Shown: positions 1 through 5,253 of the stretch, piece after piece
How the letters are laid out: every line of letters starts with the position of its first letter
Position numbering within the stretch: the first letter of the stretch is position 1
Source: a virus
Length of the DNA stretch: 39,198 nt
Strand: one strand, 5' to 3'
IMG/VR virus record: IMGVR_UViG_3300045988_156947
Span: 1 to 39,198 of that record
Program-made: the position numbers and the translations under genes
Notes under the pieces: model-generated
Told to the model about the DNA's origin: nothing
The model's input: the letters and a program-made list of their open reading frames with translations, nothing else
Database searches by the model: none

Positions 1-286
1 GCTGTTGCCATACGCCAAAACGCTGCTGTTGTCATACGCCAAAACGCTGCTGTTGTCATTCACCAAAACGCTGCTGTTGTCATACGCCAAAACGCTGCTG
101 TTGTCATACGCCAAAACGCTGCTGTTGCCATACGCCGAAACGCTGCTGTTGCCATTCGCCGAAACGCTGCTGTTGCCATACGCCGAAACGCTGCTGTTGC
201 CATACGCCGAAACGCTGCTGTTGTCATACGCCAAAACGCTGCTGTTGTCATTCGCCAAAACGCTGCTGTTGTCATACGCCAAAACG
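1..286. repeat. Tandem 24-nt coding repeat, about 12 units (left part of one array)
   Basis: Unit on + strand is GCTGCTGTTG[T/C]CAT[A/T]CGCC[A/G]AAAC, repeated head to tail from position 1 to about 286. Confidence 0.95.
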
Positions 287-417
287 GGGTATTTAAAGCG
301 TCTGTTCAGCACCGCGCGGTTATTCGGTGTGCCAAACTTAATTATCACCCTGCCGTTATAGTCCGCGCTCACAGCGTCAAGCTCTGCTTGCGTTGTGCAA
401 ATTATCTCGTTCATCAT
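1..417 (-). CDS. Octapeptide-repeat protein, N-terminal part (ATG at 417; ORF leaves the window at position 1 and continues at 39198)
   Basis: Reverse strand reads MMNEIICTTQAELDAVSADYNGRVIIKFGTPNNRAVLNRRFKYPVL, then AYDNSSVL-type octads with no stop before the edge. Frame is continuous with 38344..39198. The track shows no ORF in this frame here; the listed 5..361 (+) and 60..275 (-) ORFs are other frames of the repeat. Confidence 0.75.
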   Translation of the reverse strand, partial: MMNEIICTTQAELDAVSADYNGRVIIKFGTPNNRAVLNRRFKYPVLAYDNSSVLANDNSSVLAYDNSSVSAYGNSSVSAYGNSSVSANGNSSVSAYGNSSVLAYDNSSVLAYDNSSVLVNDNSSVLAYDNSSVLAYGNS

Positions 418-420
418 TTG

Positions 421-1296
421 TCATTCCCCTTTTACTTTCCGATAGATTTCTTCGAGGTTTTTTAGATTCGCCTCAGTATACACAGTCTGGCGCCCGCATG
501 TACCCTGCGTTTCCTCCGCGCTCAGGAGAGCATCCTCCCAGCATCGCGCCTTGAGCCATCGCGCGGGAGCGGGAATGAACCGCCCTCGCTCCTTCTGCCA
601 CTGTGCGGAGGCTTTCTGTTCTTCGAGCGCCTTGAGCATTGCGTCGAGATCAACGGTACCGAGCTTTTCAAAAGCCCGCTTCGCCTCGTCCTTGTAGACC
701 TGTCTCGGATAAGCATTCCAAAACATATCAAACTTGTCACTCACACAGTGCGCCTCGCGCGCACACGCGGTGTGTGTGTCTACGATAGTAGATACACACT
801 TTACTTTGCTTTCCTTTACTATACTTTCCTTTACTTTACTTTGTTCGTTTCTGCTTGCATTTTCCGAGAAAATGTTGACATAAACGCGGTTGATGTTGAC
901 ACGACTCGAAAAATTGGTAGCATCCACTAAGAGTATGTTGTAATCGACATCAACAACCTTGCGTCGGGACGCAACCCCGAAATACCTTTTTTGTATACCC
1001 CTGGAGGTGAGCACATGGTATTTCTCATAAATGTCTTTGTCGAACATACCCCGCCGAATCGAAGCCGCTATTACCTGTGAAACGACGCCCGCACCCTCGC
1101 CAATCTTCCGCGAGAACAAGAGCGCAACCTCACTATCCCATTCAATGTAGTATCCCGCTTTGCCGTATATCTCTTGGAGCAAGTGCACCACTATACCAAA
1201 GCCAACTACCCCGAATTCTGCTTCTATCAGCTCCATCTTAGAGTCGAGACTAACATCGAGCGGAAAGTATGAAATGCCGCTTCGGTTAATCTCCAT
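421..1296 (-). CDS. Replisome organiser / replication initiator
   Basis: N-terminus YFPLDVSLDSKMELIEAEFGVVGFGIVVHLLQEIYGKAGYYIEWD fits the DUF4373 (Lin1244/Lin1753-like) pattern. C-terminus FDMFWNAYPRQVYKDEAKRAFEKL...WQKERGRFIPAPARWLKARCWED fits the phage replisome-organiser/DnaD-like tail. Family names are from memory. Confidence 0.8.
   Translation of the reverse strand: MEINRSGISYFPLDVSLDSKMELIEAEFGVVGFGIVVHLLQEIYGKAGYYIEWDSEVALLFSRKIGEGAGVVSQVIAASIRRGMFDKDIYEKYHVLTSRGIQKRYFGVASRRKVVDVDYNILLVDATNFSSRVNINRVYVNIFSENASRNEQSKVKESIVKESKVKCVSTIVDTHTACAREAHCVSDKFDMFWNAYPRQVYKDEAKRAFEKLGTVDLDAMLKALEEQKASAQWQKERGRFIPAPARWLKARCWEDALLSAEETQGTCGRQTVYTEANLKNLEEIYRKVKGE
809..901. repeat. Direct repeats in the AT-richer linker of the replication gene: candidate origin iterons
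   Basis: CTTTCCTTTACT at 809-820 and 824-835. ATGTTGACA at 872-880 and 893-901, spaced 21 nt. Confidence 0.3.
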
Positions 1297-1312
1297 GCCG
1301 GACCGCCTCCGG

Positions 1313-1564
1313 CTATGCCTTCTGCACTCGGCTTATCGCGTCGCGCGTTTCCGCAATAGGAATATCGAGCGCGGCAGCCATTGAGAGCGCTGCCGCTATT
1401 CGCCACTGATCGGAAGGCTTGCGAAACATCGTGTCAAGCTGCGAGCGCGTCACGCTCATTCTCTCGGCAAGCTCCGTGTTGGTCATGCCGAGTGTTGCCT
1501 TGCGACCGAGCACAAGCTCCTTGAGCGGGTCGCGCGGCTTTTTGTCAAATCTCGTCTTGGGCAT
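1313..1564 (-). CDS. Small HTH DNA-binding protein (early regulator, Cro-like candidate)
   Basis: TAAGGAGG RBS before ATG 1564. LGMTNTELAERMSVTRSQLDTMF looks like a helix-turn-helix. Sits directly upstream of the replication gene. Confidence 0.7.
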   Translation of the reverse strand: MPKTRFDKKPRDPLKELVLGRKATLGMTNTELAERMSVTRSQLDTMFRKPSDQWRIAAALSMAAALDIPIAETRDAISRVQKA

Positions 1565-1576
1565 TGCATATCCTCC

Positions 1577-1720
1577 TTATTTGTTGTAGCGTTCGCGCCT
1601 CTTGGCGCATTCGCGCTCGGCTGCGTCCGCAAAGCTTACCATCGCGTGTATCGCGCCGCCGATGATAAAGAAAACTCCCATCAGTATCATCACGCACTTG
1701 CAAAGTGTGATAGCTCCCAT
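1577..1720 (-). CDS. 47-aa hydrophobic peptide (MGAITLCKCVMILMGVFFIIGGAIHAMVSF...)
   Basis: AAAGGAGAAG RBS before ATG 1720. One predicted TM helix and a basic tail. Its stop overlaps the RBS of the next gene. Below the track length cutoff. Confidence 0.45.
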   Translation of the reverse strand: MGAITLCKCVMILMGVFFIIGGAIHAMVSFADAAERECAKRRERYNK

Positions 1721-1739
1721 TTTTATCTTCTCCTTTCGA

Positions 1740-1898
1740 TTAAGCGCTCTCGCGCTTGTCGTCCTTGTCCTCGGCTTTTGCCTCCATCAGGTCTGCCACC
1801 GCGTCGGCGTAGCCGTTGAAATACTGCTGCTTGCTGGGCGGCAGCTTCTCAAAAGCTCCTGCAAGCTCCCTCAGCGCGTTTCTCTCCTGTTCGCTCAT
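1740..1898 (-). CDS. 52-aa acidic helical protein (MSEQERNALRELAGAFEKLPPSKQQYF...)
   Basis: GGAGGTGAAACC immediately upstream of ATG 1898. First RBS-led ORF of the minus-strand early operon. Confidence 0.5.
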   Translation of the reverse strand: MSEQERNALRELAGAFEKLPPSKQQYFNGYADAVADLMEAKAEDKDDKRESA

Positions 1899-1925
1899 GG
1901 TTTCACCTCCTTGTGTTGTCCGTCC

Positions 1926-1954
1926 TTGACAACCTGAAAATCTCCCGATACAAT
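1926..1954 (+). promoter_or_regulatory. Near-consensus sigma-70-type promoter TTGACA-17-TACAAT
   Basis: TTGACA at 1926-1931, exact 17-nt spacer, TACAAT at 1949-1954, pointing into the ORF-free segment. Confidence 0.6.
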
Positions 1955-2690
1955 ATTCTTTATCCCCGACGCTGACGCGGCGGAAGAAAGGGGGTGTTTC
2001 CTATCGCAACAGCAGAGGTTTTACTTACTGCCTGTATAAGCGGAGGATTTTCACCGCCCCGTACCCGAAGTTGGGCGACCCTTACCCGACTGTCCGATGC
2101 GTGGATACCGTGAGCCACCCACGGAGTGAAGACGCAAGGTCAAGAAGCGTTGCTGTTCGACGCGCACCGAACCGCCAACCACAGCGGGAAAGTGCTGCAA
2201 CCGCATCGGGAAAAATGTGGGGAGGGAGTGACCGCAGAACAGCTACGGTCGTTCCCTTCTCGCATCGGGAGATTTTCAGATTGTCAAAGTATGTTGTTTC
2301 CAATAGCGCTTGTGAATGAAATGCATACAAAACTGCGAAGCCCCGTTAATCTGCATCCTGCGGCCCGCGCCGTATAATAAGGGAGGTGTTGAAGTTTGAA
2401 AGCAATTTTGACTCTTCCCGTGCGCAGGGACTGAAAACCACAGTCCGTTGATGCGTGGATACGCGGAACTCAAACCGTGAGTGAAACGAGCGGATAAGCA
2501 AAGCGTGTTTTGCCGCTTGATTTCTGTCGCCGACCATAGCGGTGGAAATCTGCATCCGCTTCTGCGCGAAAATTGGGGGATATGGCGGGCAGCGAGTGAA
2601 AAGCTGCAAAACCGTTGTCCGTCATGTTCTCCTCCGCAGTCCTGTATGCATTGTCAAAGTTTCTGTATCTTCAACTAATAAGGAGCAGCC
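1955..2690 (+). ncRNA. ORF-free segment of two diverged tandem units of about 355 nt; candidate large structured RNA or long regulatory leader (strand not proven)
   Basis: No RBS-led ORF. The track shows only short mutually overlapping ORFs on both strands. Internal duplication at offset about 354 nt (GATGCGTGGATAC at 2096 and 2450, plus further blocks). Preceded by a strong promoter. Confidence 0.35.
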
Positions 2691-3017
2691 ATGAATTTTG
2701 ATAAAGTGTTTCTCTCGTCCATGGATACTCGCGTGCTTTTAGCGGTCGCCACTGCCGAAGTGGTGCGCCTGCATCCGGTAGATGCCGAGCATCTTCTGTC
2801 TCTCGGCTTCATCGCGCCTTATGCGCTGTCAGAGCGCGCGGACGAGTTTGTCATAACCCTCGAGGGCTCTCGCTATGCCGAATACCATCGGCAGAAAGAA
2901 AGCGACAAGGCGAAAGCCGAAGAGTTCGCCCGGTTCTCGCGCCGGGTTTCACTTGCGTCTTTGGGCGTTGCGATATGCAGTTTTCTGCTTTCGCTTTATG
3001 CGCTCTTCTTTCGTTGA
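2691..3017 (+). CDS. Hypothetical 108-aa protein with C-terminal TM anchor
   Basis: AAGGAG RBS before ATG 2691. C-terminal hydrophobic helix VSLASLGVAICSFLLSLYALFF. Confidence 0.6.
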   Translation: MNFDKVFLSSMDTRVLLAVATAEVVRLHPVDAEHLLSLGFIAPYALSERADEFVITLEGSRYAEYHRQKESDKAKAEEFARFSRRVSLASLGVAICSFLLSLYALFFR

Positions 3018-3125
3018 GAAGATGGTGCGCTCCGCAATCACAAGTATGATGAACATTCCTGTTCCCACGCCCGCGCCGAATGCCGCCAAAAGCCCCATGA
3101 GCAAATCGAGCTTATCGACTAACAA
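2949..3125 (-). CDS. Possible 58-aa small membrane protein (TTG start), convergent with and overlapping the 3' end of 2691..3017
   Basis: GAGGAGG lies 8 nt upstream of TTG 3125. LLMGLLAAFGAGVGTGMFIILVIA hydrophobic helix followed by the polybasic tail KEERIKRKQKTAYRNAQRRK. Confidence 0.25.
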   Translation of the reverse strand: MLVDKLDLLMGLLAAFGAGVGTGMFIILVIAERTIFSTKEERIKRKQKTAYRNAQRRK

Positions 3126-3227
3126 CCTGTTCACCTCCTCGCGCTGTATCTTCAATGCTACTTTTTCATTGTTAATCCTTGTTATTTCGTGATATTGATG
3201 GTAATATCGACATAGGAGGGATAAAAA

Positions 3228-3620
3228 ATGAAAAATTTCAAACAACAAGCAATTAGCATCCTCGTCGCGCTCAGTATGATTTTCACTTCTGCACTTTCTC
3301 TTTCGGCTTGCAGCAGTGACCAATCACTCAGCAAAGAAACCCCCGCAGCTACAACAGGAATGGTCTTGCCGAAGCCGACACCAGCGTATACCCCAACTCC
3401 TGCACCCGCATACACTCCAACTCCTGCGCCTGAAAAAGTCCAAACTCATTACGCAACTCGACCTCTTTCAGGCTATTCTCTTGAAATGACCGTTTATGTA
3501 TCGGATAGCGGCGGCAAAATCCATATCAATCCGCATTGCAGTGGCATGAAATACTACACAGTTATGAGCTACGGCGATGCGTGTGAATATGGGTTTTCTC
3601 ACTGCAAGAACTGTTTTTGA
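3228..3620 (+). CDS. Secreted lipoprotein with Pro/Thr-rich linker and Cys/His-rich C-terminal domain
   Basis: AGGAGGG RBS. Signal peptide with lipobox LSAC. PTPAYTPTPAPAYTPTPAP repeat. C-terminus HINPHCSGMKYY...SHCKNCF. Confidence 0.8.
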   Translation: MKNFKQQAISILVALSMIFTSALSLSACSSDQSLSKETPAATTGMVLPKPTPAYTPTPAPAYTPTPAPEKVQTHYATRPLSGYSLEMTVYVSDSGGKIHINPHCSGMKYYTVMSYGDACEYGFSHCKNCF

Positions 3621-3704
3621 GTTTCATTAGTTCATTGCTCGGCTATATAGTATCATTGCTAAGGTATGCTGTCAAGCCTTTTTTATTGCCGGGCAATATT
3701 TTTC

Positions 3705-3733
3705 TTGACGAGCGGGTTATAATATGCTATTGT
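3705..3733 (+). promoter_or_regulatory. Promoter-like hexamers upstream of the repressor gene (TTGACG-17-TATTGT; a TATAAT also lies inside the spacer)
   Basis: TTGACG at 3705-3710, TATAAT at 3718-3723, TATTGT at 3728-3733. Which -10 element is used cannot be decided by eye. Confidence 0.3.
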
Positions 3734-3756
3734 CTTTACCGAAAGGAGGTAAAGAC

Positions 3757-4167
3757 GTGAGCACATTTGCAGAAAGACTTTCAGAGGTTATTGCTGACTC
3801 CAAGTTAACTAAGACGAAGTTTGCCGAGGTAGTCGGAATATCTCAGCCGTTTCTAAGTCAGATATGTTCTGGTGTTAAAGTCCCGAGCAGTCGCACCGTA
3901 TCGGACATTTGCAGCAAATTTCATGTTGATGAGATCTGGCTCAGGACTGGTGACGGAAAGATGCACCTCGATGTGACGCGCCGCGAAGCTGTCGCGGACT
4001 TCCTCGCGGAGATTCTCAGCGGCGGCGGCACTCCCGAACAAATCGCGTTCATATCCGTCATAGCGAAAACCACGCCCGAACAATGGAAACTGTTCCGCGC
4101 AAAGCTCGCCGAACTCAACGGCGAAATATCACTTTCCGAAAAAGAAAACGGAGAGAACACCGAGTAA
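3757..4167 (+). CDS. XRE/CI-type repressor
   Basis: GGAGG lies 7 nt upstream of GTG 3757. HTH LTKTKFAEVVGISQPFLSQICSGVKVPSSRTVSDICSKFHVDEIWLRTG. Lies in the lysogeny module. Confidence 0.8.
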   Translation: MSTFAERLSEVIADSKLTKTKFAEVVGISQPFLSQICSGVKVPSSRTVSDICSKFHVDEIWLRTGDGKMHLDVTRREAVADFLAEILSGGGTPEQIAFISVIAKTTPEQWKLFRAKLAELNGEISLSEKENGENTE

Positions 4168-4186
4168 GTGTTCTCTCCGTTTTTCC
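4144..4186 (+). terminator. Strong bidirectional rho-independent terminator
   Basis: ACGGAGAGAACAC (4148-4160) pairs with GTGTTCTCTCCGT (4168-4180). A-run upstream and T-run downstream. Confidence 0.8.
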
Positions 4187-4201
4187 TTGTCCGCTCTGCC
4201 G

Positions 4202-4312
4202 TCAAAGCTTCAGCGCGACCTTGAGCAGAAGCCGAAGCCGTTCCGCGTCCAGTTGCGACGCGCACCGCATAAGCTCGTCAAGCAATAGCTCTTTTCGTTC
4301 ATTGTTTTCCAT
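4202..4312 (-). CDS. Possible 36-aa helical protein (MENNERKELLLDELMRCASQLDAERLRLLLKVALKL)
   Basis: GAGGAAGGG RBS before ATG 4312. Own promoter at 4368-4396. Ends at the bidirectional terminator. Confidence 0.4.
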   Translation of the reverse strand: MENNERKELLLDELMRCASQLDAERLRLLLKVALKL

Positions 4313-4367
4313 TTGCCCTTCCTCTATCTCATTGTGATATTATCGCCTCTTTGCTTATCTGATTAAG

Positions 4368-4396
4368 ATAATACATTGTTTTTCGGAAACAATCAA
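4368..4396 (-). promoter_or_regulatory. Minus-strand promoter TTGATT-17-TATTAT with a palindrome in the spacer
   Basis: Plus strand shows AATCAA at 4391-4396 and ATAATA at 4368-4373. The spacer contains ATTGTTT-TTCGG-AAACAAT. Confidence 0.5.
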
Positions 4397-4445
4397 GCGA
4401 TTATTATTCTTTTGCGTAATTTATAGCATATTTAACAGATTTAAT

Positions 4446-4523
4446 GCGCATTGTTGTGTCAATGTGCCGAAATATCAAGGCGCATTGGATTTTGTAAGAA
4501 AAAAGTGTTAATATTGTTATAGT
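4446..4523 (+). promoter_or_regulatory. Operator-like GCGCATTG half-sites plus an extended -10 (TGTTATAGT) upstream of the 4697 gene
   Basis: GCGCATTG at 4446-4453 and 4480-4487. Inverted copy CAATGTGC at 4460-4467. TGTTATAGT at 4515-4523. Confidence 0.35.
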
Positions 4524-4696
4524 TTTGTAAGACGTTCTGCCCGCCGCTGCAACCTGACGGGCAGAACTGCGGCAGTACCCTTGTAGACGCTTCTGCCGTA
4601 TATAGAGCCTATCAAAAAGAGCTGCCGAAAGCTACACCGCAAACGGCGAAATGGGGGATTTACTGGCTTTTCGGCGTTCTCAATAACAATTCGGAG

Positions 4697-5251
4697 GTGT
4701 GTATTTTGTCAACACAGGAGAACTGTCCCGACCTATGCGATATGCTCTTGAAGATACGCAAAGCAAAGGACGCATCAGGGCTCACCAATCAGGAGCTCGC
4801 CGACATCGCAAACATCCCGTATAACTCTGTGTGTACCATCACAGGCTGCACGGCAAAGCAAGTGACGCTTGCCAATGCCGCCGCGCTGTGCGCCGCTCTG
4901 GGCATATCGCTCGATGAGCTGGCGGGCTTGCGAGATACTGATGAGGCGGGATATATACACAGCCTTGAGCTTGATAATGCGTGCTTGCGCGGGAGCGTAG
5001 AGCACTATAAGCGCGTCGGAGCGGTATGCCGTCAATTTATTCTCGGCCTCGTAAGCGTGGCTGCACTGCTCATCTGCGTGATAATCGGCTATATCATTTT
5101 TGATATACAGCTTAGACATATGGGCTTATTCCAATCAGGCGGGCTTACCGCTCTTGCGGTGACGCTTGGCGTTATCGTGCTATCGGCGCTGGTGGTGATG
5201 GTGTTTGCGATAAAAACCGTGATACGCGATACTCGAAAAACAGGGAGATAA
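4697..5251 (+). CDS. Membrane-anchored XRE-family HTH protein
   Basis: HTH LTNQELADIANIPYNSVCTITG...LGISLDELAG, then two hydrophobic helices (ILGLVSVAALLICVIIGYIIF, LTALAVTLGVIVLSALVVMVFAI). Start is ambiguous: GTG 4697, TTG 4706 with GGAGG 8 nt upstream, or ATG 4742. Confidence 0.75.
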   Translation: MCILSTQENCPDLCDMLLKIRKAKDASGLTNQELADIANIPYNSVCTITGCTAKQVTLANAAALCAALGISLDELAGLRDTDEAGYIHSLELDNACLRGSVEHYKRVGAVCRQFILGLVSVAALLICVIIGYIIFDIQLRHMGLFQSGGLTALAVTLGVIVLSALVVMVFAIKTVIRDTRKTGR

Positions 5252-5253
5252 AA

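Noticed and set aside
1-286. Regularly spaced 24-nt repeats at both window ends as a possible CRISPR array.
   Set aside because: The units abut with no spacers, sit inside a long ORF and are in codon phase. This is a coding tandem repeat, not a CRISPR array.
5-361. Plus-strand ORF MPYAKTLLLSYAKTLLL..., minus-strand ORF 60..275 (MTTAAFWRM...) and their counterparts 38768..38974 and 38784..39122.
   Set aside because: These are alternative-frame readings of the 24-nt tandem repeat. Only the AYDNSSVL frame connects to a real N-terminus (ATG 417) and a globular C-terminal domain.
1926-2287. A 362-bp segment bounded by 24-nt inverted repeats, read as a MITE-like mobile element.
   Set aside because: I saw no target-site duplication next to the arms and no transposase in the genome. 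The left arm doubles as a functional-looking promoter, and the homologous unit B lacks the left arm. The idea is kept only as a minor alternative.
2071-2678. Six short ORFs (65-87 aa) on both strands in the 1955-2690 gap.
   Set aside because: They overlap one another in several frames and lack RBS-like sequences upstream. Their products are Arg/Cys/Ser-rich and low in complexity. The duplication pattern does not respect any one frame.
1955-2690. Retron msr/msd, DGR template repeat, or a cobalamin or T-box riboswitch.
   Set aside because: No reverse transcriptase gene occurs anywhere in the window. GGGAAAGTGCTGCAACC loosely recalls the cobalamin core, but no B12 box (GCCACTG) is present. No T-box sequence (GGGTGGTACCGCG) is present either.
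2949-3323. The full 124-aa minus-strand ORF from the track.
   Set aside because: Its N-terminal half runs antisense through the RBS and signal-peptide region of the lipoprotein gene and has no RBS. Only the 58-aa TTG-initiated version is kept, at low confidence.
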